Virus record (IMG/VR): IMGVR_UViG_3300018916_000001
Coordinates: 32,001 to 96,000 of that record
Source of the DNA: a virus
Reading direction: 5' to 3' (one strand)
DNA length: 64,000 nt
The notes under the pieces are model-generated. The model had not been told where the DNA came from, ran no database searches, and saw only the letters and a program-made list of their open reading frames with translations. The position numbers were made by a program, and so were the translations under genes. Position 1 is the stretch's first letter; each line of letters begins with the position of its first letter. Shown in pieces: positions 35,893 to 48,700 of the stretch.

Positions 35893-36477
35893 ATGGTAAC
35901 TCTTTCAGCAGATTTTAGTGGATTAGAAGGATTGAGTAAGAAATTTGAGAATGCTTTAAAGCGTAAGAAAGATTTAACTCAGTTAGAAGCTGGTATTAAA
36001 GAAGTATTAGTAGAAGATGTAAAGTTACGTTTTGCTACTGCTCCACTAACTAATAAAGGTGGAATGGCTCATGGTAACGTATTTTGGTCTGCAATGACTC
36101 CTAATTGGTTAGCTACTCATCCCGATAGAATGGGTAAACCACTACTTAAAGATACTGGTAAGTTACTTAACTCTCTAATTGTTGGTAATGATGACTCAGT
36201 ATTTAGTATGACAAGAGAAGGTTTTCAATTTGGCACTAAAGTTGCTTATGCCAAAGATCATCAACCAGATTCTATCGGTACAACTATTCCACTAAATCTA
36301 CTTCAAGATGAAAGAATTACTGATATGTTTAGGAGTCAAGGTAAACTTGCTCCTAGACCATTCCTCTTTATTCACGAAACTCTTAATAATGAGATCGTAG
36401 ACGTAATATCTGAGTTTATTCTTACTGGAGAAACTAGAATCAGAACCAAAGATAATATAAAGGAATTAAAAGAATGA
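35893..36477 (+). CDS. Mu gpG-like virion morphogenesis / tail completion protein
   Basis: PLLKDTGKLLNSL, FGTKVAYAKDHQ, APRPFL. Confidence 0.8.
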   Translation: MVTLSADFSGLEGLSKKFENALKRKKDLTQLEAGIKEVLVEDVKLRFATAPLTNKGGMAHGNVFWSAMTPNWLATHPDRMGKPLLKDTGKLLNSLIVGNDDSVFSMTREGFQFGTKVAYAKDHQPDSIGTTIPLNLLQDERITDMFRSQGKLAPRPFLFIHETLNNEIVDVISEFILTGETRIRTKDNIKELKE

Positions 36478-37007
36478 ATCCTCATACCTTAAATAAACTA
36501 ATATCTAAACAAAATCTAGGTTCTACTCAGAAGTTCTCTAGTAATATAATCATCAATCCTTTAGTAGATGAAACAGTAGATTATATAGCTAAATATCTAT
36601 ATGAGTATATTAATAAAGACTACTCAAATTATGTAGAAGCTAATCCGGGAGTACAGAAAGCGTTAGGAGATGTAGCAATTAGAACTTATAGAACTTGTGA
36701 TACTTATCAAGTCTCTACTCCTGAGTTTCCACTATTAAAGGTCTATAGAACTAACGATAATTGGAGAGATGATAAATTACTTAGAACTTCTAACATCTCA
36801 ATTACTTATTCTCTATTAGTTCCACAACAGGAGAGATTAATGCCTTTATTAAATTGGGTTAGCTATGAAATTCAGAAGCTTCTATTAACTCCAAGCTGTA
36901 AAGTAAAAATTGATGGAGGAGTAAGAACTCAGTATAGAACAATGATTAGTGAAATAGGACAAAATATGTTTTCTTTCTTACGAGCAGATATATCAATAAC
37001 AGATTAG
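36474..37007 (+). CDS. Putative tail terminator
   Basis: Position between completion protein and tail tube; EFPLLKVYR. Confidence 0.5.
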   Translation: MNPHTLNKLISKQNLGSTQKFSSNIIINPLVDETVDYIAKYLYEYINKDYSNYVEANPGVQKALGDVAIRTYRTCDTYQVSTPEFPLLKVYRTNDNWRDDKLLRTSNISITYSLLVPQQERLMPLLNWVSYEIQKLLLTPSCKVKIDGGVRTQYRTMISEIGQNMFSFLRADISITD

Positions 37008-37050
37008 CTCAATTACTTTCACTTAAGAAAAAAATAAATAAAAAAATAAT

Positions 37051-37410
37051 ATGGCAATTAGTATAAATTTCAATAGACCAAAATTACAAACTACGTTAGA
37101 AGAAGTAGTACCGATTACTGCAACTCTAGTAGAAAACACTACCGATAAACTTTATGTGATAGATGCTAAATACACTGTTACTAAAGACGATGCAAGTACA
37201 GTTACTAAAGTTATTAAACGCTTTAAGATTATCCCTGTAATTGTTGGTACTACCATTCGATTTGATATCACTGAGATTACTTTTCCTCCTACAGCACCGG
37301 ATAATCCTACTGATAATCAAGGAACAATTAGCGCTCCTATTCGTGGAGCTAGCTTAGTAGATTTAGATACATTTCTAACTGCGGTTGGTGATGTAAGAAA
37401 GAATTCCTAA
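37051..37410 (+). CDS. Virion structural protein
   Basis: Thr-rich beta protein upstream of the tail tube. Confidence 0.6.
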   Translation: MAISINFNRPKLQTTLEEVVPITATLVENTTDKLYVIDAKYTVTKDDASTVTKVIKRFKIIPVIVGTTIRFDITEITFPPTAPDNPTDNQGTISAPIRGASLVDLDTFLTAVGDVRKNS

Positions 37411-37440
37411 TATATAAGAACAAAATATAAATAAAAATAT

Positions 37441-38202
37441 ATGACAATTGAAAAACTTCAGTCAACCTTTATTGGTGTTACTGAACTTAAAATGAGGAGA
37501 TTTAAGGATAACTTAGTTTATCACTTACCTACTCCAATGAATATGGTCGTTGAACCAGGTAAAAATGAACGAGTATTAATGGGTCGAAATAAGCTTGGTC
37601 GTAGAGTTGAAGTGGCCAGCTTTATTGATGCAGAAAACCCAGTATTAAATATCTCTTATGGTATTGTTCAACCAGAATTACTTCAATTTAGATTGGGTAA
37701 TTACTTTGAGAACATGACTAAAGACTTAATGATTCCTACTACTTTCGATTTAGGTCAAGGTGGTACATTCCCAGCAGTTCAAGCTCCTTCGTTAGGTCAC
37801 GCTATTATTGCAGGTGCAGATGCTACAGCTTCTATTAAACGTCCTGATGGAACTTCTCTTGCCCTTGTTGAAGGTACTGATTTTACTATTGGTGCTGGTG
37901 GAATGGTAACTTTTAGTGCAGCTCTTGTTGCAGCGAAAGAGACTGTATCAATGTTAATTCCTTATACTGTAACTGGTCTAGGTATTGGTAGTGAATTAAT
38001 TGGTAGACACGAGGTAGTAGCAACAATTGTGGATAGTGAGGGTTATGTGTGGTTCTTCCATGCTCCTAACGCTAAACCTTCTGCTGCTGGTGGTTCTATT
38101 GATTTTTCCGCTGAATCATTTGATCTTCAACTTAAATTATATAATTCTGGCGGATGTCAACCTTTCACTTTAATTAAGAGTTCAGATAGAGTTTCTTGTT
38201 AA
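37441..38202 (+). CDS. Major tail tube protein
   Basis: 253 aa, beta-rich, followed by terminator, chaperones and tape measure. Confidence 0.7.
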   Translation: MTIEKLQSTFIGVTELKMRRFKDNLVYHLPTPMNMVVEPGKNERVLMGRNKLGRRVEVASFIDAENPVLNISYGIVQPELLQFRLGNYFENMTKDLMIPTTFDLGQGGTFPAVQAPSLGHAIIAGADATASIKRPDGTSLALVEGTDFTIGAGGMVTFSAALVAAKETVSMLIPYTVTGLGIGSELIGRHEVVATIVDSEGYVWFFHAPNAKPSAAGGSIDFSAESFDLQLKLYNSGGCQPFTLIKSSDRVSC

Positions 38203-38242
38203 GAATTAAGAACACTATATAATTTCTAATACTATAAAAATT

Positions 38243-38278
38243 AAGAGGTCTACTTATTCGTTAGGTAAACCTCTTTTT
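38243..38278 (+). terminator. Intrinsic terminator after the tail tube gene
   Basis: AAGAGGT/ACCTCTT stem plus T-run. Confidence 0.65.
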
Positions 38279-38282
38279 ATCT

Positions 38283-38465
38283 TTATTTATCTTCTTTTTC
38301 TATGTGTTCTCTTGCTTTGTCTAGAGATTTTTGTATTTTCTCTTTTACTATATTGGTTCCATTTTCTCTATCACTTCTTATATCATCTTTCATTTCTTCT
38401 ATAGCTTCTTTATCTTCTTTACTTAAAAAACCATCAGGATTAGTAGGATGCACCATAGTATACAA
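38283..38465 (-). CDS. Small charged protein
   Basis: Antisense island; abuts the next ORF. Confidence 0.5.
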   Translation of the reverse strand: MYTMVHPTNPDGFLSKEDKEAIEEMKDDIRSDRENGTNIVKEKIQKSLDKAREHIEKEDK

Positions 38466-38915
38466 CTAGACTCCTAACTTAAGGCTTGCTATAAGAGAAA
38501 CTACTCCACAAGACCAAGAAAATAGAGCAAAGTCAACTACTTGCATTAAGTCTAGATGAAGAGTATTGAAATCCAAAATAAATAGGAGATATACAATATA
38601 ACCTCCCCAACATCCCTTACAAAATGAACAAGAATTTAATTGATAGACAATATTATATAATCTCTCCCATATAGAGCAGTAATTATTTATCTCTATATCT
38701 TCTTTGTTATTAGGTAAGTAAATATATAAGTTATCTTTCTTTATAGTCTTTTTATTAGAAATTTTATTTAGTTCTACAGCTAACTCTTTCTTCTCTCTTA
38801 GTTTATTTAATAGAAGATTCCAAAAATATCTTGGAACTTTATAATCAAATAAGACTATTCTTAAAGTTACAGCATATATATAAAGTAATGCTATATTAGT
38901 TACATAATCATTCAT
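38466..38915 (-). CDS. Three-TM membrane protein with CxxCxGxW (DUF1360-like)
   Basis: LNSCSFCKGCWGGY between hydrophobic helices. Confidence 0.6.
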   Translation of the reverse strand: MNDYVTNIALLYIYAVTLRIVLFDYKVPRYFWNLLLNKLREKKELAVELNKISNKKTIKKDNLYIYLPNNKEDIEINNYCSIWERLYNIVYQLNSCSFCKGCWGGYIVYLLFILDFNTLHLDLMQVVDFALFSWSCGVVSLIASLKLGV

Positions 38916-38929
38916 ACAAATTAAACTCC

Positions 38930-39391
38930 ATGAAGAATTTCAAAGTCAAAGTACAATCATATAATAGCGAAAAAGATACATATGAAGTAGAGAAAGTATA
39001 TATCATACAAAGAGTTGTTAGATCTGAGTTAGATACATTAATTGAATTACATAAACAAATACTAATTCGTTTCTTAGATACTGATGCAAATATGGGAGAG
39101 TTTATTAGAGATAACGAATCTTGGGAATTAATGAGAACGTTAGCTAAAAATCTAAATGTCTTAGGTCAAAAAGATAAAGGATTTGATATAGAAGAAATAG
39201 CTGATGATTTAGAACAACTCTGCCAAATCTTTATTAGTCAAAGTATGAGTGATTCTGGTGAATTAGATTTAGAAGAAGGATGGAAACCTTCATTATTATC
39301 TAGTCTACATAAACTAGATTTTCCTATGTACATGAGAGAAGCAATAAAAAAGTATCAGGAGAAGAGAGAGAGTCAGATAGAAAAAAGTTAA
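38930..39391 (+). CDS. Tail assembly chaperone (G-like)
   Basis: Upstream of the tape measure; ends GAA AAA AGT TAA. Confidence 0.7.
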   Translation: MKNFKVKVQSYNSEKDTYEVEKVYIIQRVVRSELDTLIELHKQILIRFLDTDANMGEFIRDNESWELMRTLAKNLNVLGQKDKGFDIEEIADDLEQLCQIFISQSMSDSGELDLEEGWKPSLLSSLHKLDFPMYMREAIKKYQEKRESQIEKS

Positions 39392-39702
39392 TAGCTCCAA
39401 TTCCTAGTAGTGGAGATTCTTCTATCGACCAACTAGCATTCTTACTAGAGATGTATAAAGACTATCCTATAAATCCTGTAACGGACTTATGGGAAAAATT
39501 AGATAATATATCTCTAGATTTACTTATTAACCAAACATTAGAACATCACAAACCTCAAGAAGAACGAGATAAAGAATTAGCACAAGAACTTTATAACAAG
39601 CTTAAAGAAGAGAAAGATTTAACTTCTAATTTACCTATTAATGGAAAAGTTATATCTGCTAAAGACTTTATGATGTTTAAACACGACTCAATACCTGAAT
39701 AA
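39382..39702 (+). CDS. -1 frameshift extension of the tail chaperone (GT-like)
   Basis: The -1 frame is open from the A6 run (AAA AAG TTA ATA GCT CCA...) into the 39451-39702 ORF. Confidence 0.7.
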   Translation, partial: KKLIAPIPSSGDSSIDQLAFLLEMYKDYPINPVTDLWEKLDNISLDLLINQTLEHHKPQEERDKELAQELYNKLKEEKDLTSNLPINGKVISAKDFMMFKHDSIPE

Positions 39703-39703
39703 T

Positions 39704-42700
39704 ATGGATACTGCTAGCAATATTAAATTTAATGTTGAGGGAGATGATAAGTTCTCTCAATTTCTAGAGAAAACTCAAAAATCATTTAAAGAACTTAATG
39801 AGAAATCACTTAGGCTATTTAATACTGGTCTTAGAGAAGGTTCTAGAGGTTTAAAAGATATAACAAAAGAAATTAGAACTAAGTCTAGTGTAGTAGAGAA
39901 GTTAATAGCGGATTATGGTAAAGCTACTAACTCTACTAATACTTGGACAGCTTCTCTTGGTAAATTAGCTAAAACTGCTACATTGCTAGGTGGAGCTATG
40001 ACAGCTTTAAATATTGCTAGCATTGGTGGTGGTATCGCAAGTATTGTAGGTACTGGTATTAATGGTGTAATAGACTCACTTACTAAAGTTAATACTGGTA
40101 TAGATGTTATGGCTGCTAGTGGATTTGACGGGACTCCACTAATGAATTCATTTCAAGAGATAACTGCTGTATTAACCGGAAATCAAGCTGCTATTGATGC
40201 TTTCACTTCTAGATCAACTGCTGCATTTAACTCGTTTGAGCAGAAATTAAATGAAGTTAACATTGTATTTGGCTTATCAAAAGAAAGATTAGCTGAATAT
40301 GGCGATGCTCTACAAAATGGTTTAGAAAAGAATTTAAAGAATAGTGTCTCTTCTCTTACTGCTTTAAATGCTGCGTATCAAGCTGCTTCTGCTGGATTTA
40401 CAGAATTTCAACAAAACCAAGATGTAGTTAATCTAGCAATCAAAGCGAATAAAGCTGCTCCGGGAAGTGACTTATTCCAGATTGGTGGAGCTATTGGTAA
40501 AGGTGCAGGTATCCTAGAAACTAAGGACATTGCAGAATTAGAAGAAGTTACTGCTAAATGGTTAGCTACGGAACAACAAGGTCTAACTACTGTAGGAGAA
40601 ATGACTGAGTATATTAGCGATATGTACTCATCTCTTAAAAACGCAGGTATTGGTACTAAAAATCTAGTTAATGAAACTCAAGGTTTAGTAGTAGCTTTTA
40701 CTAAGTTAGGTGGTAAAGTTACTGATATCTCTACTGAAATGCAAGCGTTCTCTAGAAATACTATTGGTAAAACTCCTGAAGCAACGAAAGCTTTAGAAGG
40801 ATTGGTAGACGCACAAGGAAAAGCTATTACTCTTAATCAAGAATATTTTGGTAAGAAAGGTGTAGTTCAAGGTATTGTAGATTTTGCTGAAGCCGTAGGA
40901 TATAACACTGAGAAGATTAAGGAAGTATATAACGAGACTAATGCTTTCAACTTTGTAATGAAGGTATTAGCTCAAAATGGTAATCTTGCTAAAAAATCTA
41001 TTGAAGATATTAGTAAAGTTACGTCTGAAAATTTAACTGAAGCTTTTGATTCTGCTACTTCTTCATCTCAAGCAAAAATGGAGCAAATTACTAATGCTTA
41101 TGATGAAATAATGATCTCTTTCGGTAAAGTATTCCAAGAAAGAAGTAGAGAAGGTGTTAAATCTATTGAGTGGTATAAAGAAGCTTTAGTAACTTTTAAA
41201 GAGCCATTAGTAGAAATAGCAGGAAGAATGGTAACTTTTTTTGATAATGTAGGAAAATTTACTGGAGTTCTTAGTTCAGTTGCTAAAATGCTCACTGGTA
41301 TAGCAGGAACTATTATTAGCTATAGAGCTTTTGACTTAATTTTTAAAGGACTAACTGATGGATTTAAAGATGTAAAAAAAGAAGGTTCTGTAATTAAAGA
41401 GCTTTATACATCTAATCAAGGTTTATTTGCTATAGGAAAGCAGTTATTAGGATTGGATCAACAGAAACTATTAAGTCAAAATAGAATCAATGAAGCAATT
41501 AAAAAGTCTAGTGAATTAGAACAAGGACTAACTAACTCTATAGGAAAAACTAATAGTGAAAGATTAACTTCTATTGCTACAGTTAAAAATGAGATAGACG
41601 CAATAGTTTCTAGAGATGAGTCTATAATTAAAGGTCAGCAAAAAGTAACTAAAGCTGAAGAACTACTAAATAAGAAAGTAGATAGTAGAAATACAGTACA
41701 ATCCGAAGTAAACTCTACTCAAAAAGGTTTAGCTAATCTAAAAACTCTTAAAGCTGATATTGACAATACTTTTAAAAATAATGTAGAGAATATTGAGCGT
41801 TCCAAAAAACTTAGTGAAATCGCTGCTCAAGAAGCTTTAATTAAACAAGGAAATATTGGAAAACAAGAAAGACAACAATTAAAAGAGCTTAACGCAGAAA
41901 AACTAAGACTTCAAAATACTTATAACACAACTACATTAGACCAATTAGCTTCATTAGAAAAACAAAAAGATATTCTAAGAAATAAAGCTAAGAAATCTGA
42001 TAGAGATTATGCTGCCTTAGACAATATATATAAGAGAGAAGATCAGTTATTAGATAGAGAAAGAACAAAAGATCGTACTCCTCTAACTAAAGAACAAAGA
42101 ACTGAGCTTAACAATACTCGTAAAGATATTGCTACTAAGATACAGCAAGAAGAATTAATTCTCTTAACTCAAAGACAAAAGTTACAAGAAGCTAATAATG
42201 TAGTAGATAAAGAAACTCAAAAACTAAATCAAGTTAGAGCTGACCAACAAGAAAAACTTAATCGAGTTACTAAAGCTACTACTGAATTAGCAGTTCTACA
42301 ACAAGATTTAAATACTAAAAAAACTAATCTAGATAAAATTGATTTAGCTGTTACAGGACAACGTGATAAGCTATACTCAATTCAAAATAATCTAAGAAAA
42401 GAACAAGCTACTTTAGATAAAATTCGTAATAAGGATAGCGCAGAATATCAACAGCAATTAAAAAAAGTTGTATCTTTACAAGAACAAGAAGCTACTCAAC
42501 AAACCGTATTTCAAAAAGCTAGAACTACCCAACTTACTGCACAACAAGCTGTTAACAAAGCAGAAATAGAAAGTAAAACTAAACTTAGACAATTAACTAG
42601 AGAACAAGGTTTAGCGGAAGGCTCGCTTATTGAATTAAGAACTCGTTCAGGTTCAGTAGCTCTTAAAAATACAGCTTTTAATAGAGATTTAGTGAGTTCT

Positions 42701-45700
42701 TATAATGCTTTTGGTACTGCAATAGAAAACGCTAAGAAACCAGTACAAACCTTTAATAATGCTCAAACAAGTCTAAGAAATGGTTTAGTAGATTTGAGAA
42801 GTAATTTAGGTCAAGTTGGAGTTACTGCTGGTAGAAACTTTACTACTATGGCTGCGTCTGCTAAAGCTAGTCTTGCTGCTATTGGAACTTCCGCTGTTAT
42901 AGCTGGAGAAACTATTAAAGCTGCGTTTATATCTACAGGAATAGGTTTACTTATATCGGCTGTTGTAGGGTTAGGAGTCAAATTATTTCAAGTAGGACAA
43001 GAATCAGCTAAGTTAGATCGTACTTATAAAGATTTTAATAAGACTTTAGAAGAATCTGCTACTAAATTTGATAGAGCTAATATATCTTTTGACCAAGGAA
43101 CTCAAGGACTTAACAAATTTAATGATAGAGTAGAAGCTTCTAAAAAATTGTTTGGTGATATTGAAACTACTGCTTTTGATGAGATTGGTGAAGGTATTAA
43201 AAATGCAACGGTTAATATAGTTGACTTTATAACTACTGTTACTGGATTAAAACTGCTAGACCCAATATTTAAAAAAGTAGGAGAAGGCTTTTCAGCGGTT
43301 TGGAATAGTTTTTCAGATGCAGAGTTTATTAAACGTTCTGCTAAAATGACTCAAATATCTGAGTTTATCCAGACTTATGAGTTAGCTTTACGTGGACAAA
43401 ATAAAGAATTAGAGAAAGGCAATCTATTAACTGAGACTTCTAATCAGAAGATAAAAAATAGAATGATTCTTACTGGTGAAGATTTAGAGCGGGAGAAAGC
43501 TGCTAATAGCACTAGAATTGAGTCATTCCAGTCTATGACTGATATTCAGAAGAAAGAATTAGAAGAACTTAAAAGTAAAGGAGATAAGTTAACTGATAGA
43601 GATAAAGCTCAAATTAGCATTCTAGAAGCTGAAATCTCAAGAAGAGAGAAAGTAATAGAAGTTAGTAAGAAACAATTTGATGAGCAACTTAAATATTATG
43701 AAGCTCGTAATCTTCTACTAGATAGAGAGAACAAATTTAGTAATGAGCAAGTTTCTTTAGAAGAACTTAAAGGATTACAAGACCAAGTAAACAATTCTCA
43801 GACTACTCTAAACAAGAATATAAGTGAAGGATTAGATATATATTCTTCTTCTATTAAAGATTCTTCTGTTAAATCTAGACAATTTTTAACTGATTTGAAA
43901 GATGGAAGTTTAAGTGTAAAAGCTTCTATTAAAAGTCTTGGTGGAGAAATCTATAAAGTAGGAGAAGATGGAAAAGCTGTTAGTAAATTGCCAGATACAG
44001 TTCTAAAATCTATTCAAGATGCTATTAAAGGTAATGAAGTAGATGGTAAGAAATATTCTTTAGAGCAAGTTCTAAATCTTAAAGAAACTAGAGATGCTTT
44101 AACTACTGCTGGAGTAGAAATACCTAAAGATCTCAAAGTCTTAGCAGATAAGATGAAGAAAGGCTATGAAGCTTCAGAAGGCGAACTCCAGTTAATCAAT
44201 CTAAAAGAGCTAGAAAAAGATTTAGCTAGTTTCTCTACTTTATCTGATAAATACCAAGAGAAAAGAAGACAGTTTTTATCTACTACTAAAGATGATATTG
44301 GAGCTACCACATTTTCTACTTCACTTAAGAAATCTTTAAGATTAGCTGAAACAGATTTACAAAACTTTAATAACGCTTTAGATGCGTCTTCTAAAGGTGC
44401 AAATAAGTTTGTGACTGGAGCTACTCAAAAGTTCACTACACAAGCCTTAGAAGGAACGTTAGACCTTACTGAAGGGTTAAAAGAGTTAGGTAAAGTAGAA
44501 AGTGAAATTGAACCTAAACAATTAGAAAAACTTAAAAACTCAATTACTGGTAAAAATAAAGATGAGATTTTAACAGCTCTTAAAGAAATTGGAATAGTTA
44601 CAGAACAAACTCTAACTGCCGATGCAATTGATTTTAATAAATTTGAGGCGGGAATAGGAGCTTTTGTAGAATCACTAAACGCGGTAGCAGAATCAGGAGA
44701 ACAAACCAGTGAAGAAATAGCTAAGAAATTTGAGTCTTTCTATGACCAAATGAAAGGCAAGGTAACTCCTGCTGCTTATAAAGACCTAACTGAAACACTT
44801 ATTGGTTATGAGAAAGCTGCTAGTGAACAAAGAATAAATAATATAACTCTTGAAACTAATGCTTTAGAACAGCAGAAGAAATATGGTTTAGTGTTAGAAG
44901 CTAATTATATCAAAGAGATTAACGCTCTTAACATTCAAACTACTGAAGAAAATATAAATAACAAGCAAATAGAACTTAAAAGATTACTTTCACTATATAA
45001 AGAATCTGCTCCTCAAGTAATAAAAGCTAAAGCTGAATTGGAATCACTAGAATTAGACCTTAAAGCTAAGAAATCTAATAGTCCAATAGAAATTGCCCAA
45101 GCGGAAAGTAAAGCTAGATTTGACATTCTTAAAAAAGATTTAGAGTTAGGTAAAGTAACTAGAAGACAATATATAGAAGAAGAACTTAAAGACTCTCAAC
45201 TTCTATATCAAACTCAATTAAGTGAAAAACAAAAAACTTTATTGGAGTTAATGAAAGATGAGGTTAAAAACGCTAAAGCTATAAAAGCTCTTAGAAAATC
45301 AATGGAGTCTGATGAAAAAGATTTCAATCTAAATGTCTTAGAGATTAATAGAAGAAGAATAGAAGAACAATTTAAAATTCAAACTAATGCTTTAAGTAGA
45401 CGAGAACTAGAAGCTAGAGAAAACGCTATTAATGGTACTACTAAAGATGAATTAGAGTCAGTTAGAAAATTAGAAACTGATAAGATTAATCTCAATATCA
45501 AAACTTTAGAGTCTAGATTAGCAGTAGAAAAGCAAGGAAGTGAAAAGTTCCTAGAAATAGAGAAGCAATTATTAGAAGCTCAGTTATCTCTTAGAGAAAC
45601 TCAAGTTAAACAATCTAAAAATAGAACTAATGAGGAAATCGAGAGAAAGAGAAATGAGTTATCTACTATTGCAGCTCTAGAAGAAAGAAATAATATTCGT

Positions 45701-48700
45701 GGGTCTAATACAAAGGACTTAGAGAGAACTAGACAACTAAAAGAGAAAGAAATCCAATTATCTATTGATTCTATCAACTCTCAAATTGCTTTGACTGAAA
45801 AAGGTAGTAAGGAACGATTAGCTTTAGAACAACAGTTAATTCTAGAAGTTAATAAGTTACAAAAAACTCAGCTAGATAATCAAAAAGAAAGATTAGAACA
45901 ATCTCTAGAAGAAAGAAGAAAGAAGTTAGAAGCTAGACAAATTGATTTAGAAAAGACTTCTATTAGAGGAACTACTGAACAAGATATTGAAGCTACTAGA
46001 AAACTAAAAGAAGAAGAGATTACTTCTACTATTGAATCTCTCAAACAAAGGTCTTCCTTATATAAAGAAGGTAGTAAAGAAAGAATTGCTCTTGAACAAG
46101 AGATAGCTAAAGAAACTCTTAAGTTAGATAAACAAGTCTATGAAAATCAAAAGTCTCGATTACAAACTCAAATAGACAATAAGAAGAAAGCTTTTAGAGA
46201 TACACAACTACAATTAGAGAAGTTAATGGTGCTTGGAACTTCTACTGAAGATTCTAAAAAAGTTCGTGCATCTAAGGAAGAAGAAATTCAAATTACTATT
46301 GAAAGTATCAAGAAAGAAATTAAATTAACTAAAGAAGGAAGCACTCAAAGAAAAGATTTAGAACGTTCATTGAGAGAAGAACTCTTGAAGTTAGATAAAC
46401 AAAGAGTAGCTAATAAAAGAGAATTGATAGATGAAGAAATATCTCTAGAAAAAACTAAGATTACTAAAATTCAGTCTTTATTGGAACGTTCAACTATTGG
46501 AGGAACTTTTGAAAAAGATTTAGAGAAGATTCGTGAGTTAAAAGTAAAAGAAACTCAAATAGTAATTCAATCTATACAAAAACAGTTAGCTACTTATAAG
46601 TTAGGTAGTAAAGAAAGATTATCTCTAGAAGCTCAGTTAACTCAAGAGATTACTAAATTACAAAAGATTCAGTTTGGTAATAAAGAAGAGAAACTAAAAT
46701 CTCAGTTGGAAGACGCCAAGAATAAGTTAGATAAGCAAATTGCATTGAAAGAGTCTAGCTTAATTGATGGTGCAACAGAACGAGAACTGAAAATAGTAGA
46801 AGAAGCAAAGATAAAAGAAACTCAACTTACTATTGATTCTATCAAGAAACAAATAAATCTCTATAAGGTAGGAAGCAAAGAACGTCTTGCTCTAGAAGCT
46901 AATCTACAGAGAGAAATCAATAATCTAAGAAAACAAACTTTAGATAAAGAGAAAAACTTAATTCAGAATGCTCTAGAGTTTAAGAAAACTAAGATTGATA
47001 TTACGAATATTGACTTAGAAAAGAAACTTCTTAGAGGAGATATTGATAGAGAAAGTTTTGAAGATAAGTTAACTGCTTCATCTCAAAAAGTTAATCTCTT
47101 ACAACAAGACGCATTTACCAAGCAACTTAAACTATATCAAAAAGGTAGTAAAGAATATTTAGAGATACTTAAAAATCTATCTCAATTACAAGTTGACTAT
47201 CAAAAATCTGTAGTAGATAAAGCTATTAGAGATATTGATAGAATTACTAAATCTCAGAATAATTCGATAGAAGCACAAAAAATCTCTATTACTAATCAAT
47301 TAAGTTCTAGTGATTCACTTACTAAAGAACTTCAAGAGCAAATTAAACTTGAAGATTCTAGAAGTTCTGTGATTAAAGCTACCTCAGATTATCAAGTAGG
47401 ACTATTAGAATTAACTAAAAGATCTACAGGAGATATAGAGAAGAGAGCAAAGATTGACGTACAAATTGCTGAACTAAAACAGAAAGCTCTATTAGAAAGT
47501 CAAGAGATTGAGATTAATAGTATAAAGAACAATACGTTAATAAATGAAGCTGCGTTAGAAAGAGAGAAAATTCAAATATCTCTTAATAGATTGGAGTTAG
47601 ACAGGAATAAAATTCAAACTGAAGCAGAACTAAGAAAAGCTAGATTAAATAAGTTAGATCAAGCCTCTATTAATGCACTTCAGTTACAGTTAGATTCTAT
47701 TAATAATCAATATGACGCTCTTGGTAGAAGTGAAAACTCAATCTTTACTCAAATTGCTAATCAAGCTGAGATTAGTAGAAATCAGTTAGAAGTGATTAGA
47801 CAACAACAAGATTTAGCTCAAAAGAATTCTGTGTTAGACGTTGAACAAGCTAAGCAAAACGTTATTATTGCAGGTTACGAAAAGCAGCTATCTCAACTAA
47901 AAGCTAAAGGTGATTTAATACAAGCTAATGCAAATAAAGAAAAAGTTATAGGAGATTTATTAACTAAAGCTTATGACACTCAAATTGCTTTACTAAATAG
48001 TAGAAAAGAATTGATGGACTCAACTTTAAGTTCTATTGATTCTCTATATAATATTGAACAATCAATGGCAAAGTCTGACTTAACTAAAGATAAATTAGCT
48101 AAAGAACAAGCTAAAGATAAATTGAGTTATCTAGAATTCCAACAAAGAGTTGAGAATGAAAGTTTTAATTTAGAAAAAGCTAAGAATCGGATAGTTAGAG
48201 AAAGACAGAAAGTTGAGTTAACAATCGCTGAGTTAAATGCTAAACAAGCTCTTGCAATGTCTAAAGCTGAAGAAGCTAGAACTAAGGCCCGTAAAGATGC
48301 TACTAATGAAGAGAAGTTAGCAGCTAAATTAGCGGTAGAAGCAGCAGAACAGGGTATTATTGCAGCTAAAGCTAATAGAGATATTAATCTAGAACTTATA
48401 AAAATAGAAGAACAATCAGAAAAGAATAAAGAAATAATCAATGCTCGTAATCAAAGGAACCAAAGACTACAAGCTGAACAATCTCTTGCATCTTTAACTT
48501 CTAATACTACTGATGATAGAGAAGTGAGAGGAAAAGCACAAAAATATAGAGAACTAGATGAAAGGACTATTAGTAGTACATTAAAGTCTACTTCTAATTT
48601 AAACATAGAGAATATACTTAAAGAGTTCACTAATGATATGAAGAACAGAAAACCTATAGAAAATAGTATTAATAAAGTTAATAACACTGATACACCTAAA

